Origin: an uncultured Bacteroidales bacterium
Lineage (GTDB): Bacteria > Bacteroidota > Bacteroidia > Bacteroidales > VadinHA17
Length of the DNA: 64,000 bases
NCBI GenBank assembly: GCA_963734885.1
Contig: CAVTIJ010000008.1
Location: forward strand, 129,693-193,692
Direction of reading: 5' to 3'
Shown here: positions 28,920-41,218 of the stretch, piece by piece
How the letters are laid out: the number at the start of each line of letters is the position of its first letter
How positions within the stretch are numbered: the stretch's first letter is position 1
Made by a program: the position numbers and the translations under genes
Notes under the pieces: model-generated
Told to the model about the DNA's origin: nothing
Database searches by the model: none
The model's input: the letters and a program-made list of their open reading frames with translations, nothing else

Positions 28920-29734
28920 ATGAAATTTAACTTTAAAAAGTCAGCATTTATTCTTAGTCTCATTTTTCTTGTTTCCTGCAATTCCCAATCAGGCAATGAT
29001 AATTCCATTGTTCTTATCAAAACCTCGCTTGGCGATATGAAGATTAAACTATACGACAGTACTCCGATACATCGCGATAACTTCATTCATCTGGTCAATT
29101 CACACTTCTATGATGGTATTTCATTTCATCGTGTCATAAAGAATTTTATGATACAGGCCGGTGATCCGGATACAAAGTCAGCCTCTTCGAAGAAGCTTCC
29201 CGACTCATTAAAGACCTATACAATCCCTGCTGAATTTAATAACCTTTATTTTCATAAAAAGGGTGCATTAGCCGCAGCGAGGCAGGGGGATGATGTTAAT
29301 CCACAAAAAAGATCCTCAGGAACACAATTTTATATTGTTCAGGGAGTTAAGTTTTCTGACGATGAGCTAAATCAAATTGAACAGCGAGCTAACAGTACTG
29401 TGAAACAAAGTAAGTTTAACAGTTTTATCAAGTCCACGACTGACAGTGTCAGGATGACTGGCAAAGAGGTTACCGATGCAGAAATTCAGCAGATTGCCTC
29501 TCTTAAAATGTTTCAGTTTCTTTCATCGTATAAAGATTTTAAACTTTCTGAAGAAGAAAGAAATATTTATAAAACAACCGGTGGTACTCCGCGTCTTGAT
29601 GGCAGCTATACTGTTTTTGGAGAAGTAATTGAAGGTCTTGACGTGATAGATAAAATTGCAGAAGTACCCACTGATGCAAATGGTAAACCATTGAATGATA
29701 TTAAAATTTTAAAAATAAAAATTGTAAAAAACTG

Positions 29735-29735
<1 letters not shown>
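28920..29735 (+). CDS. Cyclophilin-type peptidyl-prolyl isomerase, lipoprotein
   Basis: FHRVIKNFMIQAGD, GALAAAR, SSGTQFYIV and LDGSYTVFGEV motifs; VSC lipobox; -7 promoter TATCTTTG at 28868. Confidence 0.93.
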
Positions 29736-30773
<1,038 letters not shown>

Positions 30774-30809
30774 AATTAAACATGAATAATAAATAAGAGA
30801 GGAGACGAA

Positions 30810-31520
30810 ATGAAACAACAGGAAATTCGCGTCCCGCTTTGCGATAGTTGCTCCCTTGAAACGGGATCAATTTTTAAATATCTTACACCGGAAGAAGTTG
30901 ATGCTCTTAATTTTGCAAAAGATTTTCGTCAATATAAACGAGGCGATATTCTTTACCAGGAGGGCAATCGTATAAGCGGATTCTTTTGTATTCACAGAGG
31001 GATAATAAAAGTATTTAAAACAGGGTTCGACGGAAAGGAACAGATTATAAGATTTGCAAAAGATGGAGATATTATTGCTTACAGAAGCGTTCTGAGCAAT
31101 GAGCTTGCCTGCACATCCGCTAAAGTAATTGAGGATTGCATGGTATGTTTTATTCCTTCAGAAATTCTGGTGTCGTTTATTAAATCGAATCCGACATATG
31201 CACTTGAGCTGCTTAAGCTTGCTTGTCATGAACTGGGTGAAGCAAATTCATTTATCACCGATATAGCCCAGAAAACTGTCAGAGAACGTCTTGCGGAGAT
31301 TCTTCTTTTCCTTGTAAATGACTTTGGACTCGATGATGATCAATTTCTAAACATATCCCTTACACGGGAAGAACTTGCAAACATTGTCGGAACAGCTACA
31401 GAATCAGTTATCAGGCTGTTATCTGAGTTTAAGTCAGATAAGCTCGTGGAGCTGAATGGGAGGAAGATCAAAATACTGAATACGAAGGGGCTGGAGAAGA
31501 TTAGTAATGTGTTTAATTAG
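30810..31520 (+). CDS. Crp/Fnr family transcriptional regulator
   Basis: N-terminal CxxC, cNMP-binding domain and LTREELANIVGTATESVIR HTH. Confidence 0.93.
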   Translation: MKQQEIRVPLCDSCSLETGSIFKYLTPEEVDALNFAKDFRQYKRGDILYQEGNRISGFFCIHRGIIKVFKTGFDGKEQIIRFAKDGDIIAYRSVLSNELACTSAKVIEDCMVCFIPSEILVSFIKSNPTYALELLKLACHELGEANSFITDIAQKTVRERLAEILLFLVNDFGLDDDQFLNISLTREELANIVGTATESVIRLLSEFKSDKLVELNGRKIKILNTKGLEKISNVFN

Positions 31521-31527
31521 ATAATTA

Positions 31528-31554
31528 TAGGGACGTTGCATGCAACGTTCCTAC
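31528..31554. repeat. REP-like palindrome (GTAG-type on the minus strand)
   Basis: TAGGGACGTTGCATGCAACGTTCCTAC; near-identical to the copy at 51861. Confidence 0.8.
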
Positions 31555-31564
31555 CTTCAATGTC

Positions 31565-32590
31565 CTAGAACAGCCTCCCCGTCGTATCTCCCCCGAACTG
31601 TTTTCCCAGGTGTTTGTATGCATGTTCGGTGGCCTCTCGTCCCCTGGGCGTCCTTTTGAGGTATCCTTCTTTAATCAGAAACGGTTCATAGACTTCTTCT
31701 ATGGTTCCGCTTTCTTCACCGACAGCTGTTGAAATAGTATTCAATCCAACAGGTCCGCCACTAAACTTATCAATTATAACAGAAAGGATCCTGTTATCCA
31801 TTTCATCGAGACCATGCTGATCGATGTTCAGAGCCTTTAGACCATATTTTGTAATGTCAAGATCGATTTCTCCCGAACCTTTTACCTGAGCAAAATCCCT
31901 TACTCTTCTCAGTAAAGCATTGGCAATTCTTGGGGTACCTCTGCTTCTTCTTGCAATTTCAACAGCAGCTGTTTCTTCTATTTTCACATTCAATATTCCG
32001 GCTGATCTTTTTACAATCCCGGTAAGTATTTCATGGTCATAATATTCAAGATGAAATTTAATTCCGAATCTTGCCCTTAACGGACTTGTCAGAAGTCCTG
32101 AACGGGTGGTAGCACCAATAAGGGTAAAATTATTAAGTGTTAGTTGTACACTTCTGGCGCTTGGACCTTTATCGATCATTATATCGATCTGAAAGTCTTC
32201 CATTGCAGAATAAAGATATTCTTCAACAACCGGGCTTAGTCTGTGGATCTCATCAATAAAAAGAACATCGCCTTCCTGAAGATTTGTCAATAATCCGGCC
32301 AGATCGCCCGGTTTATCGAGCACCGGACCGGAAGTGACGCGCAAATTAACCTGCAGTTCATTTGCAATGATAGTTGCAAGGGTAGTTTTTCCCAAACCCG
32401 GAGGGCCATGCAAAAGTACATGGTCGAGCGATTCACCCCTTTGTTTGGCTGCCGTAACAAAAACGACAAGGTTATCGATTACTTGTTTCTGACCTTTGAA
32501 ATCGCTGAAGCTTAATGGTCTCAGCTGCTTTTCGAATTCTTTGTCGTTAGGTGTTATAATATCTTTTCTGATATTAATATTTTCTTCCAT
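31565..32590 (-). CDS. ruvB: Holliday junction branch migration helicase RuvB
   Basis: [21 protein letters not shown] and RGTPR motifs. Confidence 0.98.
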   Translation of the reverse strand: MEENINIRKDIITPNDKEFEKQLRPLSFSDFKGQKQVIDNLVVFVTAAKQRGESLDHVLLHGPPGLGKTTLATIIANELQVNLRVTSGPVLDKPGDLAGLLTNLQEGDVLFIDEIHRLSPVVEEYLYSAMEDFQIDIMIDKGPSARSVQLTLNNFTLIGATTRSGLLTSPLRARFGIKFHLEYYDHEILTGIVKRSAGILNVKIEETAAVEIARRSRGTPRIANALLRRVRDFAQVKGSGEIDLDITKYGLKALNIDQHGLDEMDNRILSVIIDKFSGGPVGLNTISTAVGEESGTIEEVYEPFLIKEGYLKRTPRGREATEHAYKHLGKQFGGDTTGRLF

Positions 32591-32602
32591 AACGCAAAGT
32601 AA

Positions 32603-34156
32603 CTATTTTATCAGCTTAGTTTCGCTTACAGGAAGCTTAATTCTGACTCCATTTATACTTACCTCAACATCATCTTTATATGCGATTGTAAGGAATTGCA
32701 ATCCATCTTCATCAAATTTTTTCCAGGTCTTTTGCCGTATACCCATCTCATAATATTGCTCTTCCTTGACTTTCCCGTTCTCAAAATAGTAAACCTGGGG
32801 ACCATCCGGATTTCCCTGTATAAAGTTCCCCTTGAATTTAAGCTTCCCGTTACTATAGTATGACTTCCATACTCCATCTCTAAGGCCGGTGATGTATTTT
32901 CCTGTTTCAGTAAGGTCGCCAAATTTATATTTCCAGTCACCGTTTTTTTCGCCATCTGAGTATTGACCCTGCGCAATTATCTCTCCTGTAGCGGAGTACT
33001 CTGTTGACAATCCATCGCGCTGGCCCTGGAAATATTCCTCTTCCTTCAATAAAGTGCCGTCATCATAGTACCAGCTCCATAGTCCATCGGGTCGACCGTT
33101 ATTATAAGAACCTGTCTGTTCTGTTTTGCCGGCTATGTTATAAAATTTCCATTGACCTGTTCTCCTGCTATCGGTATACTGGCCTTCTGACTGCACCTTT
33201 CCATCGGGATACAGATCTTTCCATTTTCCATTATATTTTCCTGATTCATCAACAATACCTTCCGATAGCTTCAATCCGTTGTCGTTGTATATATAAGCAT
33301 TTGTTACTTTGCCGTCGCTACCGAATTCTCTGTGAACACCAACAGGAATTTTATTGCGGTATGGTCCGCTATATGTTAGTTTTCCATTCTCATCATGCCT
33401 TGTAACAATTTCTATATCAGGAGCATCTTCGACATTAGACTTCACAATGGCCCCATTTTCATAAAGCATTGTAAGAACAAGTTTTCCCCTGGAATCATAT
33501 TCTTTATAATAGCCATGCATCAGGTCGTCCTTATATGTTTTTTCGGATTTAATGCTTCCGTTTGGATAGAATTCTTTCCACTCACCCTGTTTTAATCCAT
33601 TCTTGTCAGTTCTGTTTATCTTCTCGCGGCTTACAAGAAAATCATTCCTGTATTCAAGCAACGTTATAATATTACCATAGCTGTCAAATTCTTTTGACAG
33701 TCCTTCTTTTTTCCCGTCGCGGTACGTAAAAGTCTGCTGGATCTTTCCGTCGGGAAAATATGTATAGGCAGTACCAGCCTTTTTATCAGCAGAATACAGT
33801 TCTTTTGACCAGATATAAATTCCCCTTGTGGCATCGGTTTTATATTTAAAATACCAGCCGTTTTTCTTGCCATACAGATAATTGATCTTTTCCGTGGTAT
33901 CACCCGATTGATCGTAAAATACCCAGATGCTGTCGAGAAGATAGTTTGTTCTTCTTCCTTCTGATTTCTTTACCCCTGTAACATAAAAACTCTTCCAGAA
34001 ACCCTCAGGTTTTCCATTTTTTATAGTACCCTCACTTGAAACTGATCCGTTCGGATACTTAAATACCTGGTAGCCATCCTTTAAAGTACCGTTTTCCTGC
34101 GAGAAACTTATTTTACAGATAAAAATAAAAAACACTAAAATGAAAATTCTTTTCAT
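32603..34156 (-). CDS. MORN-variant repeat protein (YwqK-like), exported
   Basis: Repeated G.W..YY.NG units; signal peptide. Confidence 0.85.
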   Translation of the reverse strand: MKRIFILVFFIFICKISFSQENGTLKDGYQVFKYPNGSVSSEGTIKNGKPEGFWKSFYVTGVKKSEGRRTNYLLDSIWVFYDQSGDTTEKINYLYGKKNGWYFKYKTDATRGIYIWSKELYSADKKAGTAYTYFPDGKIQQTFTYRDGKKEGLSKEFDSYGNIITLLEYRNDFLVSREKINRTDKNGLKQGEWKEFYPNGSIKSEKTYKDDLMHGYYKEYDSRGKLVLTMLYENGAIVKSNVEDAPDIEIVTRHDENGKLTYSGPYRNKIPVGVHREFGSDGKVTNAYIYNDNGLKLSEGIVDESGKYNGKWKDLYPDGKVQSEGQYTDSRRTGQWKFYNIAGKTEQTGSYNNGRPDGLWSWYYDDGTLLKEEEYFQGQRDGLSTEYSATGEIIAQGQYSDGEKNGDWKYKFGDLTETGKYITGLRDGVWKSYYSNGKLKFKGNFIQGNPDGPQVYYFENGKVKEEQYYEMGIRQKTWKKFDEDGLQFLTIAYKDDVEVSINGVRIKLPVSETKLIK

Positions 34157-34159
34157 GAT

Positions 34160-35107
34160 TCAAAGACCAAGTTTTTCTGATATTTCCATCATTCTTTTAA
34201 TTGGCTTTTGTGCCTTGATCAGGATTTTCTGATCTATATTAATTTCTGGTTTTTCGTATTTAAGACAATTAAGTATTTTTTCGATAGTTATAAGTTTCAT
34301 AAAACTGCATTCGCTGCATCCGCATGTAGAATCTGTTGGAGGAGCAGGAATGTAAGTTTTAGAAGGATCCTGCTTTCTCATCTGATGGATAATACCGACC
34401 TCAGTTGCTACAATATAGCAATTTCCCGTGTCTTTTTTTGTGAATTGCAATAATGATGAAGTAGAACCAATGTAATCAGCAACCATTCTGACCGGGAGTT
34501 CACATTCAGGATGAACAATGATTTTGGCACCTGGGTTCTCCTTTTTTAACCTAAGTATAGCTTCCAGGGAAAATTCTTCATGAACATGGCATGTACCGTT
34601 CCAGATTATCATGTCATAACCCGTTTTATTCAGAACATAATTCCCAAGATTCCGGTCGGGAGCAAATATTATTTTCTCATCTCTGGGTAAGGATTCAACA
34701 ATCTGTACAGCATTTGAGGAGGTACAGATTATATCCGACATTGCCTTTATATCGGCATTTGTATTCACATAAGAAATAACTGTTCTCCCGGGATTTTCAT
34801 TCAGAAATATCTGAAAATCAGATGCCTTGCACGAATTTGCCAATGAACAGCCAGCCATAAGGTCGGGAAGTAATACCTTCTTCCCGGGAGAAAGTATTTT
34901 GGCAGTTTCTGCCATAAATTTGACTCCTGCAAAAACAATGATGTCAGCTGAATTTGATGCAGCTTTCTGCGACAGAGCTAAGCTATCTCCGACAAAATCT
35001 GCAATATCCTGGATATCACCTGTTTGATAATAGTGAGCCAGAATGATAGCATTCTTTTCAGCTTTCAATTTTTTTATTTCCAGAATATTTTGTTCCTGCG
35101 TTTGCAT
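34160..35107 (-). CDS. nadA: Quinolinate synthase
   Basis: ILAHYYQ, GDSL, AGCSLA, YVN, CHVH and HPEC motifs. Confidence 0.96.
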   Translation of the reverse strand: MQTQEQNILEIKKLKAEKNAIILAHYYQTGDIQDIADFVGDSLALSQKAASNSADIIVFAGVKFMAETAKILSPGKKVLLPDLMAGCSLANSCKASDFQIFLNENPGRTVISYVNTNADIKAMSDIICTSSNAVQIVESLPRDEKIIFAPDRNLGNYVLNKTGYDMIIWNGTCHVHEEFSLEAILRLKKENPGAKIIVHPECELPVRMVADYIGSTSSLLQFTKKDTGNCYIVATEVGIIHQMRKQDPSKTYIPAPPTDSTCGCSECSFMKLITIEKILNCLKYEKPEINIDQKILIKAQKPIKRMMEISEKLGL

Positions 35108-35109
35108 TC

Positions 35110-35620
35110 AAGTAATATTGATCCTCAAAATTAATCATTATTGCAATATGGATTTTTCTTCTGATCGATTTTGAATTGTAATTAACAACATAATATTCTT
35201 ATATCTTTTAATTTAAATTTATTTATGATGAAGATGATATGCTGTTAATTGTGTTGAAAGAATATTCAGATTTTCATTGTATTTCTCATCACTACCGCTA
35301 TACCAACATCTTTTCAACATAAAAAAAATCAACCAATTTTTGAATATCAGCCGATTAGTATAGTAATTAACAATTGTTAAGATGTGTTTGTTGATAGTTG
35401 TAAAATATCGGGATTCACGATTTATACGTTCATTTAAAGTTAATATTTTGGCATTATTTTCTGAAAACTCACATACCTGATGTTCATGACTCATCAGGAT
35501 GTTTGTTATGGTTGATAAACTATCCGATTATAATTTTTTATTGTCAGTTATCAGCAGGTTATTAACAATATCACCCTTATTCATTTCTTAACCACTTTCA
35601 CCATCCATGGTTTTTTAAAA
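35110..35620. other. Candidate chromosomal replication origin (oriC)
   Basis: Very AT-rich gap with clustered DnaA-box-like nonamers: TTTTCAACA 35311, TAATTAACA 35179 and 35364, TGTTGAAAG 35252, TGTTGATAG 35389, GGTTGATAA 35510, TTATCAGCA 35548, TTATTAACA 35559. parS sites and mnmG lie 13-17 kb away. Confidence 0.6.
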
Positions 35621-35627
35621 GACATTT

Positions 35628-35730
35628 TTAACCACAAGGCACAAAGTTATTACGCAAAGGTCACAAAGGTTTAAAATATAAGGTTTCAACTTTGTGCCCT
35701 TTGTGCCTTCCTTGTGTGCTATGTGGTTAA
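35628..35730. repeat. AACCACAAAG-type inverted element
   Basis: Same unit architecture as the copies at 18255 and 50384. Confidence 0.82.
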
Positions 35731-35829
35731 TGGATTTTTTGTTGATATCCTGAATTGAAGATAAAAGAATATTTTTTTCTTTAAATAAACCATTTGTAGT
35801 AATTTGCAGGCAAATTAAAAGACAAAAAG

Positions 35830-36276
35830 TTGGAAAATAAAAGGATTGCAATAACCTCCGATCACGCGGGATATTCCCTTAAAGAAAAAGTATTGGCTTA
35901 TCTTATTAAGGAGAAGTATGAAGTTAAGGATTTAGGATGTTCATCTGAAGAGGCGGTTGATTATCCCGACTTTGGACATCCGCTTGCAAATGCTGTTTCT
36001 GCAGGAGAATTTGAATATGGTATATCAATTTGCGGAACAGGAAATGGTATAAATATGGTAGTTAACAAGCATCCGGGAATACGTTCGGCACTTTGCTGGA
36101 ATGAAGAGATCTGTCGTCTGGCGAGGGCGCACAACGATGCAAATGTACTCGCATTGCCAGGCTGGTTTATTTCGGAATCTGAAGCGCTATTGATTATTAA
36201 AACTTTTCTGACCACCTCATTTGAAGGGGGGCGTCATGCAAGAAGAGTAGACAAGATTTCACTAAAAATGTATTGA
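35830..36276 (+). CDS. rpiB: Ribose-5-phosphate isomerase B
   Basis: SDHAG, DYPD, CGTGNG, AR.HNDANVL and FEGGRH.RR motifs; TTG start. Confidence 0.95.
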   Translation: MENKRIAITSDHAGYSLKEKVLAYLIKEKYEVKDLGCSSEEAVDYPDFGHPLANAVSAGEFEYGISICGTGNGINMVVNKHPGIRSALCWNEEICRLARAHNDANVLALPGWFISESEALLIIKTFLTTSFEGGRHARRVDKISLKMY

Positions 36277-36277
36277 T

Positions 36278-36715
36278 ATGCTTTCAAATTCCTGCATTTA
36301 TGGTATCCGTGCTGTCATTTATCTTGCAAGTCAGCCCTCATTAAATTTTAAAACGGGAATAAAAAAGATTAGCAGCGACCTGAACCTTCCTGCCCCATTC
36401 CTGGCAAAGATCCTTCAGCAACTGGCCAAACAAAAAATTCTCAGCTCATCAAAAGGTCCGCACGGTGGTTTTTCTTTCCTCAGGGATCCAAAGAAATTGA
36501 CCTTACTTGATATTGTGAATTCAATTGACGGTAATGATATATTTACCAGGTGCATAATTCATAGCGGTTCGTGTGAGGGAGGAGAAAATAAAAACCATTG
36601 TTCCCTGCATAACGATTATGAAAAACCAAGGGAGGAACTTATCAGATTGTTCAGCAATACAACTATTCATGATCTGGTTGAAAAATCTGCCAATCCTGCT
36701 TTAATAACTATCTGA
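36278..36715 (+). CDS. Rrf2 family regulator
   Basis: FLAKILQQL and S.KGPHGGF motifs; three C-terminal cysteines. Confidence 0.92.
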   Translation: MLSNSCIYGIRAVIYLASQPSLNFKTGIKKISSDLNLPAPFLAKILQQLAKQKILSSSKGPHGGFSFLRDPKKLTLLDIVNSIDGNDIFTRCIIHSGSCEGGENKNHCSLHNDYEKPREELIRLFSNTTIHDLVEKSANPALITI

Positions 36716-37087
36716 TTTTGTCTTTTTTGCCGGGTTAAACCAGCTCCATATTAAAATCGAGAGAAGGATGCCGACAGCATTAGCCATGGCATCGAAAACA
36801 CTTCCTGTTCTTGTTTGTGTCAGTGTTGCCTGCAATATCTCCATTAATACTCCATAGAAAAATGGAATAAGACCAATTATGAAGAACTGACGAGGAATTT
36901 GTATTGAATTTCTATGTTCGAGAATTATTACCGACATCAGACTAAAATACATTCCCATATGCACAAACTTGTCGAAATTTGGTATTGAATCGAAAACAGA
37001 TACGCTGTCAAAAGTGTGTGCGTTTGCAAGACTTAAGTACATGATAATCATTGCAACAAGAATCGAAAAAATGTTCTTCTTTATCAT
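36701..37087 (-). CDS. VanZ family membrane protein
   Basis: DKFVH..Y, E.LQ and R.GS..D..AN..G motifs. Confidence 0.88.
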   Translation of the reverse strand: MIKKNIFSILVAMIIMYLSLANAHTFDSVSVFDSIPNFDKFVHMGMYFSLMSVIILEHRNSIQIPRQFFIIGLIPFFYGVLMEILQATLTQTRTGSVFDAMANAVGILLSILIWSWFNPAKKTKSDSY

Positions 37088-37097
37088 AATTTAAAAG

Positions 37098-37203
37098 GCG
37101 TAACGGTGTAAATGTGTAACGGCACAACGGTGTTGTGGCTGTACGACTCAAAGGTACAAAGATCCGGTGGAATAAATGACTACGACAACATGACGTCAAG
37201 ACT
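37098..37203. repeat. Degenerate 8-bp tandem repeats (GTAACGGT/GTAACGGC-like)
   Basis: Roughly 8-nt periodicity seen between vanZ and hemW. Confidence 0.5.
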
Positions 37204-37237
37204 TTTAGTAACTTTGTGCCTCAATGTTGCATAAAAG

Positions 37238-38374
37238 ATGGCAGGCGTATACATACATATTCCCTTTTGTAAAAAGCTTTGTTTTTATTGCGATTTCTAT
37301 CATATTGTCTCTCTGAAAGATAATGCAGATTTTATTGGTGCGCTTTTAAAGGAAGCTTCCTTGAGGAAAGATTATCTGGGCAATGAAAAAGTATTTACGA
37401 TATATTTTGGCGGCGGGACACCATCAGTATTTTCTATAGGAGAAATTGGAATAATAATCGATCATTTAAAGAAACTATTCAATGTTGATGACGGTTGTGA
37501 AATAACGATAGAAATGAACCCCGATGACGTTACACCTCAATATTTGGAAAGTCTAAGGCAGTACGGTGTAAACAGATTAAGTCTTGGTGTTCAGTCGTGG
37601 AGGGATTCTGATCTTAAAATGCTAAACAGACGGCACGATTCAGCCCAGGCGGTTAAGGCTCTTAAGGATACACTTAACGCTGGTTTCGAAAACGTTACAA
37701 TTGATCTTATTTATGGCATACCTGGTATGGGTTTGAAAGAATGGGAATCAAATCTTGATTTCACATTCACATTCGATATCAAGCATCTGTCGGCTTACCA
37801 TCTGACCTTTGAAAAGGGAACCGTTTTCGGAAAAATGCTTGAAAAGGGTGACATTTCTGAAATTGATGAGGATGAAAGCGCTGCGCAGTTCAATACCCTC
37901 ATTGAAAAAGCAGAATCTGCAGGCTTTATCCAGTACGAGATATCAAATTTCGGAAAACCCGGCTATTTTTCTGTTCATAATTCAAATTACTGGAAACAGG
38001 TAAACTACATGGGTTTAGGACCGTCAGCTCATTCTTTTAACGGCTATTCGCGGCAATGGAATGTAAGAGACGTCAAAGGTTATATAAAGGCGATCAATAG
38101 CGGGAAGGAATTTTTTGAAAGCGAGGATCTTGACACAAAAACCAGGTTTAATGAATATATTATGACTTCCCTTAGAACAATGTGGGGCATTGATCTTGAA
38201 TATGTTGAGAAAATGTTTGAAAAAGAGGGTTACGATTATGTATTAAATCTGGCTTCAAAGTACAGGAATTATGGTATGATGAAACAGGAAAAAAATTCCC
38301 TGATTCTTACGAACCAGGGAAAAATGATCTCTGACAATATTATTTCCGAGTTTATGATGTCGGATGACAATTAA
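37238..38374 (+). CDS. hemW: Radical SAM heme chaperone HemW
   Basis: YIHIPFCKKLCFYCDF, GGGTPS, YEISNF and HNSNYW motifs. Confidence 0.93.
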   Translation: MAGVYIHIPFCKKLCFYCDFYHIVSLKDNADFIGALLKEASLRKDYLGNEKVFTIYFGGGTPSVFSIGEIGIIIDHLKKLFNVDDGCEITIEMNPDDVTPQYLESLRQYGVNRLSLGVQSWRDSDLKMLNRRHDSAQAVKALKDTLNAGFENVTIDLIYGIPGMGLKEWESNLDFTFTFDIKHLSAYHLTFEKGTVFGKMLEKGDISEIDEDESAAQFNTLIEKAESAGFIQYEISNFGKPGYFSVHNSNYWKQVNYMGLGPSAHSFNGYSRQWNVRDVKGYIKAINSGKEFFESEDLDTKTRFNEYIMTSLRTMWGIDLEYVEKMFEKEGYDYVLNLASKYRNYGMMKQEKNSLILTNQGKMISDNIISEFMMSDDN

Positions 38375-39277
38375 TTACTTTTTAGACAACATAAAATTTG
38401 TTTTCCCTATTATATTATTCTCAAGATAAAGTTCCACGGTGTAATTTCCGATCACGAAATCTCCATTATTATCGAGGTATATACAAACATCAATATCCTG
38501 GTTCATATAATCCACCTGCCGGGTGGCCGAATAAATAATCTTGTTGCCTTTATACTCAAAAAGATTATCCGGACTAGTTGTAACTACAAGAGAATCGGGT
38601 CTGATAACCCGCATGTAAACATCCTTTTGCCCGGCCTGTGCAAGCGGATTTTCCCTTAATGTAAAACAGATCCTGAGCTTATCCAGATTACCTATCCTGG
38701 TTGTCTCTTTTCGTTTTTTGTTTAACGAAACAGCTACAATATCTTTAGCCTGAATGATCGAGGCAACTTCAACTTTTGAATTAAGTTCTTCTTTTACTTT
38801 CGATAATTCAGTATTTGTATTGCGGACCTGGTTAATCTGTTGTTTGATTTCAGTATTCTCTGATACGAGCAACTTGTTCCTGGTGTTCAGGGAATCGATC
38901 TGTACAATATAGCTTTTCATTATATCTCTCATTGTGGAGATCTCGTTCTTATATTTTTTTATGAGCTGCACGTTTGAGGCATTGAGAGATAACAACTTAA
39001 CTATCTTGTCTTTCTGTCGTTGCAACCCGGCATTCAGAGTATCGTTATTAGTTTTGAGAGTATCATATGCGACAGCCATATGTCTGAGTTCATTTGCAAG
39101 GGAATCTTTTTCCTGGGTAAGAACGGTTTCCATTTCGGCCATTTTGTTCTTCTTGTCAAAATAGAGGTAGATCAAAAAAACCAGGGCAATAGCCAGGATC
39201 ACAGAGGCTGCTATCATACCGGTTGCTGATGATTTTTTTGGTTCCTGATTAATAGGGTTATTATTTAACTCTGCCAT
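38375..39277 (-). CDS. Single-TM coiled-coil hypothetical protein
   Basis: N-terminal TM, long coiled coil, beta-rich C-terminal domain. Confidence 0.7.
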   Translation of the reverse strand: MAELNNNPINQEPKKSSATGMIAASVILAIALVFLIYLYFDKKNKMAEMETVLTQEKDSLANELRHMAVAYDTLKTNNDTLNAGLQRQKDKIVKLLSLNASNVQLIKKYKNEISTMRDIMKSYIVQIDSLNTRNKLLVSENTEIKQQINQVRNTNTELSKVKEELNSKVEVASIIQAKDIVAVSLNKKRKETTRIGNLDKLRICFTLRENPLAQAGQKDVYMRVIRPDSLVVTTSPDNLFEYKGNKIIYSATRQVDYMNQDIDVCIYLDNNGDFVIGNYTVELYLENNIIGKTNFMLSKK

Positions 39278-39461
39278 TTATCTTATTGTGTTTAAAATAT
39301 TTCGCCACAAAATTAGTAATATCATTATGATTTTTCAAAAATAGTCGTCAATTATTAAATTTACCAGCCGGCGATTGGCCGGGGCATTTCATTCAATTAA
39401 AAATATAAACATTAAATTCGGGTTTTTGTTATATTGTTTAAATAAAGATAATCAGTCGCAA

Positions 39462-40307
39462 ATGAAATATGTCGGTGCACATGTAAGCGCAGGCGGAGGA
39501 GTAGAGAATGCTCCTTTGAATGCTAAAGAAATAGGAGCCAGGGCTTTTGCTCTTTTTACGAAAAATCAGAGACAGTGGAAGGCCAATCCCTTAACGCTTG
39601 CAACCATTAAAGCGTTTCGGGAGAATTGTGAAAAGTATGACTTTAAACCATTTCAGATCCTGCCGCACGACAGTTACCTGATTAACCTGGGTCACCCAGA
39701 TAAAGAATTACTTGAAAAGTCGAGAATGGCTTTTCTTGACGAGATGCAGAGATGCGAGCAATTAGGGCTCGACAGGTTAAATTTCCACCCCGGAGGTCAT
39801 CTTAACATTATCAGTGAAGAAGAATGCCTGAGCAGGATATCAGAATCGATAAATATTGCTCTTGATAAAACAAAAGGCGTTATAGCTGTGATTGAAAACA
39901 CCGCAGGCCAGGGTTCAAATATGGGGCACAAATTTGAACAGTTAAAGTCAATCATTGATAAAGTAGAAGATAAATCGAGAGTAGGAGTTTGTATTGATAC
40001 CTGTCATGCATTTGTGTCGGGATATGACATTAAAACCAGGGAAGGATATCAGGAAACATTCAATATGTTTGATAATATTGTGGGATTCAAATATTTAAAA
40101 GGAATCCATCTAAACGATACAAAGAAGGAACGTGGAACAAAAGTTGACAGGCATGACAGTATAGGGAAAGGTTTTCTCGGGCATGACACCTTCAGTATGC
40201 TTATGAATGATCCCAGGTTTGATGACCTTCCTCTGATCCTTGAAACTCCGGATGAAACTTTGTGGGCAGCAGAGATTAAAAATCTTTATGAGCTGGTGGA
40301 AAAGTGA
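39462..40307 (+). CDS. nfo: Endonuclease IV
   Basis: [35 protein letters not shown] and LETP motifs. ATG 39462 is preferred over the upstream TTG. Confidence 0.96.
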   Translation: MKYVGAHVSAGGGVENAPLNAKEIGARAFALFTKNQRQWKANPLTLATIKAFRENCEKYDFKPFQILPHDSYLINLGHPDKELLEKSRMAFLDEMQRCEQLGLDRLNFHPGGHLNIISEEECLSRISESINIALDKTKGVIAVIENTAGQGSNMGHKFEQLKSIIDKVEDKSRVGVCIDTCHAFVSGYDIKTREGYQETFNMFDNIVGFKYLKGIHLNDTKKERGTKVDRHDSIGKGFLGHDTFSMLMNDPRFDDLPLILETPDETLWAAEIKNLYELVEK

Positions 40308-40418
40308 GCTTATTTTCCTGACACACATATCCTGCTTAAACTTAACCCATCCTACCTCACGGGCTGGTGAAAAGATCTTTTTGATTTTCGATTTTTTCAA
40401 CATCCCCCAGAGGTGAAG

Positions 40419-41210
40419 TCAGGCTAGCTTCAACCCAAGAAACACATCCACATCGATATCTTCCAGCTTTTCTTTAGTTGCACGATAACCGATATCAAAT
40501 ACTTCCTGAGATTTTTCAGGATCAAGGAACCCATAGTTTCTTAATTCCGCAGGCGCAATAAACATATCGAAGCGCTTTGCCTTGTCAAGTACATCCTTTG
40601 ACATGCTGAGCATGAATGTGCGTGCTGCGATGCTGATGAGCCCGCTGATTTTATCGATATGACCGGCAGGATTGACAAATGAACCTATAATAATATTGCA
40701 TGAATTTTCTATCGGCCTGATAGGCAGGTTGTCGAGGACGCCTCCATCGACATATGAGATATCATTTATTTTTACAGGCTGAAAGAGGACAGGAATGCTG
40801 GCTGAGGCAATTACAGGCTCAAACAGATCGCCTTCAGAAAAATAAACGACTTTACCGTTGTTCAGATCAGTTGCCGAAACGAATAAAGGAATTTTCAGAT
40901 CGCTGAATGTTTTTGAACGGAGGCTTGTTTTCAGGATTTTAATGATCCCGTTTATCTGCAGCAGTCCTTCCCGGGGCATGGCGGGCCGCATAAAATCAAA
41001 CCGGCTGGCCCAGTTCATCATAGTCAGGATTTCACGTGGAGAATAGCCATCAGCATATAGGACACCAACGAGCGCACCCGCGCTGGTTCCTGAAATAACG
41101 TCGGGAAAGATCCCCGCTTCATTTAGCGCCTGGATTGCTCCAAGATGTGCGAAACCTCTTGTTCCGCCCCCGCTGAGTACCAATCCGACTTTGAATTTCT
41201 TATTCGACAT
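40419..41210 (-). CDS. Patatin-like phospholipase
   Basis: GGGTRG, GTSAG and DGG motifs. Confidence 0.93.
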   Translation of the reverse strand: MSNKKFKVGLVLSGGGTRGFAHLGAIQALNEAGIFPDVISGTSAGALVGVLYADGYSPREILTMMNWASRFDFMRPAMPREGLLQINGIIKILKTSLRSKTFSDLKIPLFVSATDLNNGKVVYFSEGDLFEPVIASASIPVLFQPVKINDISYVDGGVLDNLPIRPIENSCNIIIGSFVNPAGHIDKISGLISIAARTFMLSMSKDVLDKAKRFDMFIAPAELRNYGFLDPEKSQEVFDIGYRATKEKLEDIDVDVFLGLKLA

Positions 41211-41218
41211 ACCTCCTC

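Noticed and set aside
32603-34156. Toxin-antitoxin system suggested by the YwqK-like repeats
   Set aside because: No adjacent toxin; it is an exported MORN-repeat protein between nadA and ruvB.
35219-35851. ORFs 35219-35494 and 35615-35851
   Set aside because: They are translations of the AT-rich oriC-like region and a CACAAAG repeat, with no protein motifs.
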